DNA of 24,559 nt, taken from assembly GCA_044345055.1 (NCBI GenBank), contig JBIJBT010000040.1:1-24559 (forward strand), given 5' to 3'. This document shows positions 10,347-19,906 of the stretch, in pieces. The DNA is from Bdellovibrionota bacterium (lineage in GTDB: Bacteria; Bdellovibrionota_C; UBA2361; OMIW01). Both the position numbers and the translations under genes were made by a program. Within the stretch, counting starts at the first letter, position 1; every line of letters starts with the position of its first letter. The notes under the pieces were generated by a model. That model made no database searches. It was not told the DNA's origin and worked only from the letters and a program-made list of their open reading frames with translations.

Positions 10347-11195
10347 TTAGCGCCGATTCCCAGTCATTAGAGGAAGGCCAAGCCTTACTTGACTGCCACT
10401 TTCAATAAGGGTGAGAAACTCTTGGTGAGTTGAGTGGCAGAGCGAAAAGAGGACAACGCTGCTGCCGAGAGCAAAATAGGCAAGCTCGTCTCCACGAGAG
10501 AATTGTTGATTAATCGAAAAACGACGGAGCGCCTTCCCGCCGAAAGTGAGACGGCTTGTCGAGAAAGAGGGTTCCCACGGAAGTCTAATTGATCCAACAT
10601 TTGTTGCACCGACCATAACGAGAATAGTTGTTCGGTTTTCTTGCTTAAAGAGGAACACTAACCTTTCATTTTTCGAGAAAAGTTTTGGGATATTGGCGAG
10701 TGACCAATCGTTGACCGGCCAGAGAGCGCCCGGGATGAGAATCATCTCCTCGAGTATTCCATCAACCGGCGCGTGTACCCGATGATAGTCTCTTGGGGAA
10801 AGATATATATTCCACCAATGCGCACCCTCACAGAGCACTGCCAAAGAGCGACTTCCGAGCAGTTCTTCTAGTGTATAGAGAGCCCCTTTAACGGTGAAAG
10901 TAAGGGCTGAGGAGCACACCCCTGTCTCCCTCAGAGTTCCATCTACAGGACAGGTCAGAAGCGCTGGATCAATCGGGCGTGCGCCGACCCTAAGTCGACG
11001 GGAGAAAAATTCACCTACACTTCGATACTCTGGGAGCGGAAGCTCTACCTCACTAAGATCGATCCCAACAATATAAGAGAACAAGCTCAATACCGGAGCA
11101 CGAAGCATCTTTGGAAGGGGAATCTGCGCGATCTTACCAACAAGCCAACTCATCTGCCTCTTTGGTAGAATACGGGTTACACTGGATAGTGACAT
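10347..11195 (-). CDS. psd: Phosphatidylserine decarboxylase proenzyme
   Basis: Motifs FFSRRLRVGARPI, CPVDG, IYLSPRDYHRVHAP, NERLV, VGATNVGSI, and self-cleavage motif FALGSSVVL (LGS[T/S]). Confidence 0.95.
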   Translation of the reverse strand: MSLSSVTRILPKRQMSWLVGKIAQIPLPKMLRAPVLSLFSYIVGIDLSEVELPLPEYRSVGEFFSRRLRVGARPIDPALLTCPVDGTLRETGVCSSALTFTVKGALYTLEELLGSRSLAVLCEGAHWWNIYLSPRDYHRVHAPVDGILEEMILIPGALWPVNDWSLANIPKLFSKNERLVFLFKQENRTTILVMVGATNVGSIRLPWEPSFSTSRLTFGGKALRRFSINQQFSRGDELAYFALGSSVVLFSLCHSTHQEFLTLIESGSQVRLGLPLMTGNRR

Positions 11196-11344
11196 ATCGA
11201 AAGATTCCTATTATGAGCCAGATAAAGTGGAGACTGGGCAGTCAGCCGTGATACTAGTATGATCGATAGATAAGTTTCCAGAGTTCGGAAAGTATATTGT
11301 TTCCCTGCACGGCACATCATAACTAATAAATTTCAGACCCTCCT

Positions 11345-12844
11345 ATGCGAGAAACGCTCTTTGCTAGATGGATATCTCTTCCCGCTTGGGTGCGATTACT
11401 TGGGGCGCTTTTCCTCCTTTTTGCGGTCATTGGAACCCTTCAATCTGTCGGGAATTTTCGAAGGCACGAAGAGCAAAAAGAAGAAGGGGCAGAGGAAAAA
11501 TCTGCGCTGATCGATCCTAAGGAAGAGGAAGAATTAATCGGATCTGGTAAAGCATCATCTGCTCAAAAATCGAGCGCACCTGCGATAAATAAGAACTCCA
11601 TCAAGGTCTCACAAAAGGGGCTATTGATCGAATCGGACGAGACTGAAGAGTTTGGGGAAGTAAAACAATCAGCACCTCTAACAGGTATCACAGAGACGAC
11701 TGTGAAAGAGACTCCACCTCCCTTGCCAATCCCCTCCAACGAAGCCGTTAGGGAGGAGCCAGATGCCTCAGCTAACGGATTAAAATCCCAATCACCTGCC
11801 GCACAGACTCCCGGTGTTCCCATCGCTAAGGCTCGCCCCACTTCCGTGAGTGATATTCTAGACGAGGTACCACCGGGCGCACCTAATTCACCAGTCAAGC
11901 TCGCCCACTATCGATTTGTACTAGCCTCTACAACCTTTGAGACATCTAGGTCGAAGGAAAATCATCTTGATAGGGTTGCGGCTCTGGAGAGACTTACGCA
12001 GGTCGCGTGCATGCCGTCACTGGGTAGGACCCTTTCCTATCGAGAGCCATCCGCGGATCCACTCTGCCTCGCCGCAATTAAGCGATTGCTTGCGATAAAT
12101 CCCGAAAGCACCACCGCTCTTTGCGCCCGCGATGGAATTGATTCTCCTTCGTGCTATGCCGCTGACGCTGACACGACCTTCGAGGTCCCTTCTGTCTCTA
12201 TCGACGAGGAGGTTGATAATCGGGGCGTAAAAGCAAATATACGCGATGTCAAAGATCAGCTTACAAAGAGCATGACACAGATGCGGAGCAATAGTGCTCT
12301 TGCAACTGAGGAAAAAAAAGCACAGCTCAGAGATGAAACTGTCAAGCTCGCGAAGAACTTTCTTTCAATCGCCTGTGCAAGCCGAAAGATTGGAGTTAGG
12401 GAGCGCCCAACAGTAACGGGCAAAGATTTCAGTCGCCAAGACGACCCATACGGTATAAACGATTTTCTGAAGGAGAGGGAGCAGAATCGTGATAGCGACG
12501 ATACGGTGATGCGAAATCCCGAGGAGCTAACGTCCCCTGAACCGGAAGCCTTTGTACGGCCTAAAACAAATCAACAGGTCACTCCCGATCCCACAAGCAG
12601 AACGAAGGAGCAGGAAACATACAAACCGCTTGGCCTGGTAAATCTTGTCTCCTCTGATTGTCAATCGGCGATTGATACAGCTCGATCCGTGGACCCAACC
12701 ATCGCTCTTATACCGTGCGCTGAAAGAGGATTTTACTCACCCCGCTGCATACAATCGCTTCGGGCCGCTCGCGATGCCGAAAAACGCTCAGGGGGCTCGA
12801 GAAAGGAAGATTACGACGAAGATAAGGGGTTCTCTCGGTTCTAA
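11345..12844 (+). CDS. Hypothetical membrane-anchored protein: N-terminal hydrophobic segment, low-complexity linker, two Cys-rich modules
   Basis: 499-aa ORF filling the gap between psd and glmM; hydrophobic stretch near aa 15-35; 8 Cys in two repeated groups. Confidence 0.85.
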   Translation: MRETLFARWISLPAWVRLLGALFLLFAVIGTLQSVGNFRRHEEQKEEGAEEKSALIDPKEEEELIGSGKASSAQKSSAPAINKNSIKVSQKGLLIESDETEEFGEVKQSAPLTGITETTVKETPPPLPIPSNEAVREEPDASANGLKSQSPAAQTPGVPIAKARPTSVSDILDEVPPGAPNSPVKLAHYRFVLASTTFETSRSKENHLDRVAALERLTQVACMPSLGRTLSYREPSADPLCLAAIKRLLAINPESTTALCARDGIDSPSCYAADADTTFEVPSVSIDEEVDNRGVKANIRDVKDQLTKSMTQMRSNSALATEEKKAQLRDETVKLAKNFLSIACASRKIGVRERPTVTGKDFSRQDDPYGINDFLKEREQNRDSDDTVMRNPEELTSPEPEAFVRPKTNQQVTPDPTSRTKEQETYKPLGLVNLVSSDCQSAIDTARSVDPTIALIPCAERGFYSPRCIQSLRAARDAEKRSGGSRKEDYDEDKGFSRF

Positions 12845-12935
12845 ATTAATATTCGACCGAACAATTGAGGGCTGAACACGGATTTCCTAACGACGGATTA
12901 CACGCCGTCGAGGATTCCTTTCGGGAAAAACCCTT

Positions 12936-14342
12936 TTAGACGGCACCTAATTCTCGTTCAATAACCGAGGCGAGCTCCGATGCATGTTTTTTGCACTGAT
13001 CCTCAGTTTCAGCCTCAACCATGATCCGCACCTTATTTTCGGTGCCCGAATAACGAACGAGTACACGTCCCCTTCCCTTCAATTCTTCCTCTTTTGTATC
13101 GAGTAACGCCTTGAAGGGAGGAATTGCCTCGAGGGGGATTCGCTGACTCACTGAAACATTAACTAGCTTCTGCGGAAACCGCTGGTAATCGGCCAACAGT
13201 TCTGAGAGCGGCTTTTGACGGCGGAACATAATAGAAAGGACTTTTAACGCGGTAAAAATGCCGTCGCCGGTTGTTGAATGGGCTCCAAAGATGGTGTGAC
13301 CTGATTGTTCGCCGCCCAGCTCACTTCCGGTTCGGAGCATCTCTTCGAGGACATACCGATCACCAACCCCAGTCCGGACTAACTCGATACCGCGAGCTGC
13401 TAGAAAACGTTCTAGACCTACATTTGACATCACGGTAGCGATCACCCGATTACTCGGCAACAGTCCGCGATCTTTAAGATCAGCCGCGCAGAGCGCTAGG
13501 ATCATATCCCCATCGACCACCGAGCCCCGCTCATCAACAAGGATACACCGATCGGCGTCCCCATCGAGCGATATGCCGAGAGATAGATTTTGCTCAAGCA
13601 CTAGGCTCCTTACAACCTCCGGATACAAACTACCAAAGCCTGCGTTTATATTCCTCCCGTTTGGGCTCGCGCCACGCGAGATAACCTCCGCACCCATCTC
13701 GGTCAATACCTGCGGAGCCACCGTGTACCCCGCGCCATGCGCAGCATCCAGGCCCACCCGAAAACCTTCGAAGCTCAGCTCTCGGGGAAACGCCCCTTTC
13801 AGAAAAACGGTGTACCGACCTACCGCATCGTGAATCCGAGTCGCTTTACCGAGATTACACGGGTCTGCATTGTGCAAAAGCTCCGATGGGGAATCGAGAA
13901 GAGCCTCTATCTCTGCTTCCACCTCATCGGGAAGCTTGTATCCATCCGCGCCAAATATCTTGATACCGTTATCGGAGAAGGGGTTGTGCGATGCGCTGAC
14001 CATGATCCCTGCATCAGCTCGCATACTGCGAGTCATATACGCTACTCCAGGGGTCGGAAGAGGTCCAACAAGTAGGACATCGCCTCCCATCGCTGTAATG
14101 CCTGAGGTAAGAGCATTTTCAATCATGTACCCCGATACTCTTGTATCTTTGCCGAGCAAAATGCGATGTTTTCCTCCTCGTCGCATGAAGAGCTTAGCGA
14201 TAGCTTTTCCCAAAAGTACGAGCATCTCCGGGTTAAGAGGCGCAACTCCCGCCACCCCCCGAATTCCATCAGTGCCAAAGTACTTTCGCTCTCCCGGATT
14301 ATTTTCAGAATTAAGATTATTCACATCGATTCTCCCCGTCAC
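12936..14342 (-). CDS. glmM: Phosphoglucosamine mutase
   Basis: Motifs YFGTDGIRG, GKDTRVSG, SASHNP, DGDADR, GGEQSGH and RYSGTE; start codon uncertain. Confidence 0.97.
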   Translation of the reverse strand: MTGRIDVNNLNSENNPGERKYFGTDGIRGVAGVAPLNPEMLVLLGKAIAKLFMRRGGKHRILLGKDTRVSGYMIENALTSGITAMGGDVLLVGPLPTPGVAYMTRSMRADAGIMVSASHNPFSDNGIKIFGADGYKLPDEVEAEIEALLDSPSELLHNADPCNLGKATRIHDAVGRYTVFLKGAFPRELSFEGFRVGLDAAHGAGYTVAPQVLTEMGAEVISRGASPNGRNINAGFGSLYPEVVRSLVLEQNLSLGISLDGDADRCILVDERGSVVDGDMILALCAADLKDRGLLPSNRVIATVMSNVGLERFLAARGIELVRTGVGDRYVLEEMLRTGSELGGEQSGHTIFGAHSTTGDGIFTALKVLSIMFRRQKPLSELLADYQRFPQKLVNVSVSQRIPLEAIPPFKALLDTKEEELKGRGRVLVRYSGTENKVRIMVEAETEDQCKKHASELASVIERELGAV

Positions 14343-14415
14343 TGCGAACTGCCACTGCTGGTAAAAAGAGGCTCTACAAAAAAATGAGCTCAGACTAAAA
14401 AGATCTTAAATGGTC

Positions 14416-15342
14416 CTACCGCTGCTTTGTTGACAAACTACCATCTCCTCGCACTTCAACTGTCGCGGGCTCAATCGCCTCAATAGCAACTCCCGCCGGT
14501 CTGTCCACCGAGACCATTACCGCACTGCCCGGCTTATCTGTTTCAGCAAGCCTTACAAACGGAATGACATCGCCCTCGGAAAGACCCTCAACGACTCGTC
14601 GCGGCCCACTCACAGTCACCCGCACTTCTTTAGGAGAGACTCTCCTGTTTTCCCCCTCCGCTATACGAATCTCCAATCTTTTTCGTCGAAAAACCCTCTT
14701 GGTCGGAATAGGAAGCACGTCAACCGCGACGGTAACACGATCGGCTGAGAGTGTCATACTTCCCGCCGGTTTTCGCAACGAAAGCTCCTGCGAGCCGCTT
14801 TCTGAGAGCGCGGCCAGATCGAGAGGATAGGTCTCGACTGCTTTCAAATCCTGCAACAAGGCGGCCGGACCCTCAACCAAAACCATATCAGGCTCCCACC
14901 GTACCCCTTGCAATCGATATCCTTCACTGACCCGCCCTGCTCGCGGAATTTCAACCGAAATAAGTTTTGATGCTTTTCTGTCGAAGCGCAGCTCTACCTC
15001 TGAGGGATCAACACTCGTAACCGATACCCCAGACGGGAGAGAAAGTTCGTCTGGTTTAATCGGTACAACGTAACGGTGCGAAACATCTTTTGGAAGCGCG
15101 ACCTTGAGCGCCTTTAATCCATCGAGCCCCGTATTAAGAAGAAATGATGGCCCTCGTACTCGAACCGCCACCTGATTAACACTCGACGCAATCAGCAACG
15201 TATCCTCAGGAACATTCACAACCTCAACGGGCACCGTGATTGTAAGCGAGCTAATATTGGTAGTTACCACATACCAAAGACTTATCGCTGCGCAGAGCGA
15301 CAAGAGTTTCAAAAACAAAAGTGAGCGAAAAAACGATTTCAT
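14416..15342 (-). CDS. cdaR: CdaR/YbbR-domain protein (diadenylate cyclase regulator)
   Basis: N-terminal KLLSLCAAISLW anchor, three VxVxGP-type beta-rich repeats, and position between cdaA and glmM. Confidence 0.88.
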   Translation of the reverse strand: MKSFFRSLLFLKLLSLCAAISLWYVVTTNISSLTITVPVEVVNVPEDTLLIASSVNQVAVRVRGPSFLLNTGLDGLKALKVALPKDVSHRYVVPIKPDELSLPSGVSVTSVDPSEVELRFDRKASKLISVEIPRAGRVSEGYRLQGVRWEPDMVLVEGPAALLQDLKAVETYPLDLAALSESGSQELSLRKPAGSMTLSADRVTVAVDVLPIPTKRVFRRKRLEIRIAEGENRRVSPKEVRVTVSGPRRVVEGLSEGDVIPFVRLAETDKPGSAVMVSVDRPAGVAIEAIEPATVEVRGDGSLSTKQR

Positions 15343-15417
15343 TCGGGAGGTCCTCTAACGGCGGCGATCCTCAAAAAACGCGGCACTCCTAAAAAGCCGA
15401 GTGATCACAACATAGCA

Positions 15418-16197
15418 TTACCATTTGGCACTCTCCTGTGGCCCAAAATAGCGCCCGAGGGAAGCAGCAAGCGCTGCGGCATCAAGATTGCGAATCATCT
15501 TTCCCTCGCAGACAATTGATATCGCCCCTGTTTCCTCAGACACCACCAAAACCACCGCATCGCTCCGCTCCGATATGCCGACTGCTGCTCGGTGACGAGT
15601 ACCAAGATTTGGATCAAGATCGGGATTCGAGGTCAGCGGTAAAACACACCCAGCCGCCTTAATGCGAGAGCCAATTATTACGACCGCTCCATCGTGCAGA
15701 GGACTATCCTTGGAAAAAATCGAGCTCAGCAATTTTCGGCTTACCATTGCATCAAGAATCACCGACTCCTCAACGAGGTCAACCAACCCAATATTTCGCT
15801 GAAGAACGATAAGAGCACCCGTTCTTGCTTTTGAGAACTTTCCACATGCAACAGCGAGATCTTCTAGAACTGACTCATGAGCATTCGTAACCTCGTTAGC
15901 GAGTATTGGTTGCAAGCCAACTTTAGTTAAACCTCTTCGAATTTCATCCTGGAAAAGAACCACAATAACGATGATTATCGCATCTAGAAACCGCCCCAAA
16001 AGCCAAGCGAGGGTGAGGATGCCAAGCTGAGTTGCGAGCAGGTGGCCCGCAACAATAAAGATCAGCCCCCATACCATCGGAACTGCACGAGTACCCCTTA
16101 TTACAAGGAGACCTCGATAAAGAAGGACGGTAACCAAAAAAATGTCCACGATCGAGCGGATAACAAACTCCCCATCGCCGATCGCCGAAGTTGACAT
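15418..16197 (-). CDS. cdaA: Diadenylate cyclase CdaA/DacA (c-di-AMP synthesis)
   Basis: Three N-terminal TM segments, FQDEIRRGL, catalytic LHDGAV and GTRHRAA motifs, VVSEETG. Confidence 0.95.
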   Translation of the reverse strand: MSTSAIGDGEFVIRSIVDIFLVTVLLYRGLLVIRGTRAVPMVWGLIFIVAGHLLATQLGILTLAWLLGRFLDAIIIVIVVLFQDEIRRGLTKVGLQPILANEVTNAHESVLEDLAVACGKFSKARTGALIVLQRNIGLVDLVEESVILDAMVSRKLLSSIFSKDSPLHDGAVVIIGSRIKAAGCVLPLTSNPDLDPNLGTRHRAAVGISERSDAVVLVVSEETGAISIVCEGKMIRNLDAAALAASLGRYFGPQESAKW

Positions 16198-16297
16198 AAA
16201 AGTTGCTCTCCGATACCAAATCCTCTAACCGATGCATTTTATAAATGAGCCGGGGAATGTTTGGTCATCCCTTCCCGCACGAGCAAACCGCCCCCAT

Positions 16298-18190
16298 TTA
16301 GGTCTTCTGGGGCTCTCCTTCGCCTGACGGCTCCGACACTGCTGGCTCCGACACTGCTGGCTCCGACACTGCTGGCTCCGATGCCGCGGGTTCTGATTTT
16401 CGCTCGAAAACAATTGCATCAATCTCAGCTCCATCGAGCGTTTCAGCTTCAATCAGCCTTTTTGCCAACGAATGAAGCACTCCGAGCCGCTCAGAAACTA
16501 TCCCGTGAGCGACCTGATATTGCTGTTCAATAATACGGCGCACTTCCCGATCTATCTCAACCTGAGTGTGTTCTGAGTGCTCTTTAGGCTTCCCAATTTC
16601 TCTTCCCAAGAACACATGTTCCTCTCTACCGCTATAATACAACGGCCCGAGGGTGTCGCTCATTCCCCACTCACAAACCATTCGTCGAGCGATCTCCGAG
16701 GCGCGCTCAATGTCGTTTTTCGCCCCTGTTGTTATTTCATGGAAAATCAGATCCTCAGCAACCCTTCCCCCAAAGAGGACGGCGAGCTGATCGAGAAAGT
16801 ATGCTTTTGAATAGGTGTGCTTATCACCCTCTGGAAGCTGCTGCATAAGCCCTAACGCCATACCTCTTGGCACGATCGTCATCTTGTGGACTGGATCAGC
16901 GTTCTTGAGCATCTTTGCGACGAGGGCATGACCACTTTCGTGATACGCTGTGGTCTCTTTTTCTTTCTCAGAAAGAAGCATCGAGCGGCGCTCTGCTCCC
17001 ATCATCACCTTGTCTTTGGCATACTCAAAATCACTCTTTCCGACCGTTTCCTTATTTTTTCGTGCCGCAAACAGAGCTGCTTCATTTACCAGTATCTCAA
17101 GGTCAGCCCCCGAAAATCCTGGTGTCCCTCGCGCAATCACCTCAAGATCAACATCGCTCGCGACCGGAACCCGCTTGACATGAACCTTGAGTATTCCGAG
17201 TCGACCATTCAAATCTGGTCGTGGCACGACGACTCGTCGGTCAAATCGTCCGGGTCGCATCAAAGCGGGATCGAGCACATCGGGTCGATTTGTCGCTGCG
17301 ATTAGGATGACTCCTTCGTTGCTCTCAAACCCATCCATCTCAACTAGAAGCTGATTTAGAGTTTGCTCACGTTCATCGTGACCTCCTCCCATGCCAGCAC
17401 CACGATGCCGACCGACCGCATCAATTTCATCGATAAAAATGATACAGGGCGCATTCTTTTTCCCCTGAATAAAGAGGTCGCGAACTCGAGATGCACCTAC
17501 CCCCACAAACATCTCGACAAAATCTGAACCCGAAATACTGAAGAAAGGAACTCCTGCTTCTCCTGCTATCGCCTTGGCGAGTAGGGTTTTTCCCGTTCCT
17601 GGTGAACCAATAAGGAGAACTCCTTTCGGGATTCGGCCGCCAAGACGGGTAAATCTCTTCGGATCCTTCAAAAATTCGATAATCTCCTCGAGCTCTGCTC
17701 GTGCTTCATCGATACCTGCAACATCGTCGAATGTGACCTTTGTCTGACTTTCGGTCAGCAACTTCGCACGGGATTTGCCAAAACTCATCCCCTTACCTGC
17801 CCCCATCTGCACCTGCCTCATAAGGAAGATCCAGAGCCCGAAAACGAGCAAAAATGGGAGAACATTCGCGAGTATTATCGCGTACGAGGTTTGGTCACTC
17901 GGTTCCTGTACCGAGATCTGGACGCCATGTTTGCGCAGAATTTCTATCAATTGCTCGTGGTCAGGGGCGGTAGTCTTGAACCGTCGAGCACCCGAGGTAT
18001 CCTTACCCGATATATTATTCCCCTCAAGCTCGACACTCCCAATTTTGTCGGCCTCGACCTCTTGTAAAAACTCAGAATAGGTCAATGTTTCTGCAAGCTC
18101 CCCCTGCTTGCGGACTAGTCCATAGAGGCTCAGGAACAGCACCAATACCGCCATCCACACGAACGTTGCGCTTTTAGAAAACTGGCTCAA
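16298..18190 (-). CDS. ftsH: ATP-dependent zinc metalloprotease FtsH
   Basis: Walker A GSPGTGKT, Walker [22 protein letters not shown], zinc motif HESGH; TTG start preceded by GGAGG. Confidence 0.98.
   Translation of the reverse strand: MSQFSKSATFVWMAVLVLFLSLYGLVRKQGELAETLTYSEFLQEVEADKIGSVELEGNNISGKDTSGARRFKTTAPDHEQLIEILRKHGVQISVQEPSDQTSYAIILANVLPFLLVFGLWIFLMRQVQMGAGKGMSFGKSRAKLLTESQTKVTFDDVAGIDEARAELEEIIEFLKDPKRFTRLGGRIPKGVLLIGSPGTGKTLLAKAIAGEAGVPFFSISGSDFVEMFVGVGASRVRDLFIQGKKNAPCIIFIDEIDAVGRHRGAGMGGGHDEREQTLNQLLVEMDGFESNEGVILIAATNRPDVLDPALMRPGRFDRRVVVPRPDLNGRLGILKVHVKRVPVASDVDLEVIARGTPGFSGADLEILVNEAALFAARKNKETVGKSDFEYAKDKVMMGAERRSMLLSEKEKETTAYHESGHALVAKMLKNADPVHKMTIVPRGMALGLMQQLPEGDKHTYSKAYFLDQLAVLFGGRVAEDLIFHEITTGAKNDIERASEIARRMVCEWGMSDTLGPLYYSGREEHVFLGREIGKPKEHSEHTQVEIDREVRRIIEQQYQVAHGIVSERLGVLHSLAKRLIEAETLDGAEIDAIVFERKSEPAASEPAVSEPAVSEPAVSEPSGEGEPQKT
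16329..16381. repeat. 15-bp tandem repeat (GGCTCCGACACTGCT x3 plus a partial copy) encoding SEPAV repeats in the FtsH tail
   Basis: Perfect copies at 16329, 16344 and 16359, then GGCTCCGA at 16374. Confidence 0.97.
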
Positions 18191-18217
18191 GCTAATCCTC
18201 CCTGATGACGGGTTTTC

Positions 18218-18311
18218 TTTCGGTCTTCAACAGCCAACTCACACCGGAGAGCTCCGCCACTGCTTCATACAAAATAGGCGGAGAAACGCTCATCCGGTCC
18301 GGAGACCGAAA
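18218..18311 (-). other. Nested stem-loop in the probable ftsH 5' leader
   Basis: TTTCGGTCT/AGACCGAAA encloses ACCGGA(T)GAG/CTCTCCGGT, which encloses CTCCGCC/GGCGGAG. Confidence 0.55.
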
Positions 18312-18496
18312 CTGGTAATGATTAATAGTGCCTAAACACCCCCGTACCCGCAACGGAATGAACGAAAAATAGATCACCTCGCCCCAAAAAAAGGAGGTTG
18401 GGATACAGGGGCGAAGGTTAAAACCTCCGATAGCATTCACCGTGGGATGCGATTGGGCCGATGAAGGAGCCAAAAAGACAATACGCCGTTTGTAGC

Positions 18497-19474
18497 TTAG
18501 CTCCTCTTGAGCCCGCCTCCAGAGCGCACCAAGCTCACGCCGCCAGAACACTGAAACTCACGTCGGCTTCCCGATAAAAACCGGATGAAACGGACTCCAT
18601 GTCGGGGCCCGAGAGGGTATCCGATGAGGGGGAGGAGTGCTCGGGAAACTATTCGCCACCGAAGAGGCGCCGGGGCTGCGGTAACAACCGTTCGTAATTG
18701 TTGCGTCCAAGTTCGAGACCCGCTCGGCAGCTCAGCAAGCGGAGCAAGGTGATGCTCGGCAAGCTCCCACAAGAATCGGGAATCCTCTGAAAGCCGCTCG
18801 GCCTGTTCTGCCAAAACGTCCTCCCCCAGCCCAAATTCATCTAAGAGGAACGGAATCAATCTGTGTCGCACTCGATTCCTGGTCCGACACAAACTTTGAT
18901 TCGATTCATCCTCGCGCCACGAAACACCCCAACCAGAGAGGGTTTCTCGAATTGTTTGTTTACTCACTCCCAGCAGCGGACGTACCACCCTTTGCCGTGC
19001 GTTGAACGGCTCTGGACCAACGATCTCCCGATTCATTAAGAAACGCGAAAGAACGGTTTCGACAAGATCATCGCGGTGATGGGCTGTCAGAATAAGCGAC
19101 AACTCTCGCTCGTGTGCAACCTCATTAAAAAAACGGTACCGCTCCTGCCGCCACCAGCTCTCACAATTGACACCTGCAGGGACCGATTCGAGTCGCCGAC
19201 AGTGATACGCCTCTACCCCAAACCGCAAGCAGAGCTCTTCAACATACGCTGCATCGTCACGACTCTCGGAACGCGCGGCGTGATCGACATGAGCTACCTC
19301 GATATGGTAGCGCTGCATCGTAGCAAGCCGCGCGAGCCCAACGAGAAGACAAACGCTATCGACTCCCCCTGAGACCGCAACTAGCACCCGAGAGGTTGGC
19401 GGGACCGCAGCAACGATTGCGCGCTCAACCTCACAGCGGTGCTCGGCAGGGTCCCCCTTCTGATGGCTCATCAC
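18497..19474 (-). CDS. tilS: tRNA(Ile)-lysidine synthetase, short form
   Basis: PP-loop AVSGGVDS, AHVDH, RQERYRFF, TAHHRDD, VRPLL, DESN...RNRVRH; upstream of ftsH. Start is GTG 19474 or ATG 19471. Confidence 0.93.
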   Translation of the reverse strand: MMSHQKGDPAEHRCEVERAIVAAVPPTSRVLVAVSGGVDSVCLLVGLARLATMQRYHIEVAHVDHAARSESRDDAAYVEELCLRFGVEAYHCRRLESVPAGVNCESWWRQERYRFFNEVAHERELSLILTAHHRDDLVETVLSRFLMNREIVGPEPFNARQRVVRPLLGVSKQTIRETLSGWGVSWREDESNQSLCRTRNRVRHRLIPFLLDEFGLGEDVLAEQAERLSEDSRFLWELAEHHLAPLAELPSGSRTWTQQLRTVVTAAPAPLRWRIVSRALLPLIGYPLGPRHGVRFIRFLSGSRREFQCSGGVSLVRSGGGLKRS

Positions 19475-19492
19475 AACATCACCGAACCTCAG

Positions 19493-19906
19493 TTAATTTT
19501 TGATGTTATCGATACCATACCGCCCACTGCCGGTGAACATCAGCGCAACTGCCCCAGCCAACAAAATAACATCTTTATTGAAGAGATGAGGATCGTTCGG
19601 GAAAAATCCAAGAGCAACAATAAACGATAGAAGCATCAACGCTGCGACAATAGAAACCAGAATTGTCCAAAAACCAACTACAAGAAGAAACCCGATGATA
19701 ACCTCTGCATACGGCAAACCAGTTCCGTAAAGAATCGCCATCTGCTCAGGCAAAATACCAAAATCAACGACGTGCCGGAGAAACACTCCCATGTTATCGA
19801 GCTTCATCATCCCCGCGAGGATAAAATAAGCTCCCAGCGCGATCCGAAAAATCGCAGGCCCCCATCCGGTATCTCCAACCGGTTTCTTGAAATCGATCAT
19901 TATCAT
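19493..19906 (-). CDS. DoxX/MauE-family membrane protein
   Basis: Four hydrophobic segments, RIALGAYFILAGMMK, LPYAEVIIG and GSGRYGID; GGGGAGG SD upstream (the start may be the ATG at 19900). Confidence 0.85.
   Translation of the reverse strand: MIMIDFKKPVGDTGWGPAIFRIALGAYFILAGMMKLDNMGVFLRHVVDFGILPEQMAILYGTGLPYAEVIIGFLLVVGFWTILVSIVAALMLLSFIVALGFFPNDPHLFNKDVILLAGAVALMFTGSGRYGIDNIKN

Noticed and set aside
12845..12935. Terminator between the convergent hypothetical gene and glmM
   Set aside because: Only short hairpins (CGACGG/CCGTCG; TTCC/GGAA) without a convincing adjacent U-tract.
16329..16381. Possible CRISPR array
   Set aside because: The repeats are contiguous 15-mers with no spacers, lie in frame within a gene, and no cas genes are present.
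16225..16533. Small ORFs with RSQQC or APTLL repeats
   Set aside because: These are alternative-frame readings of the 15-bp repeat inside ftsH.
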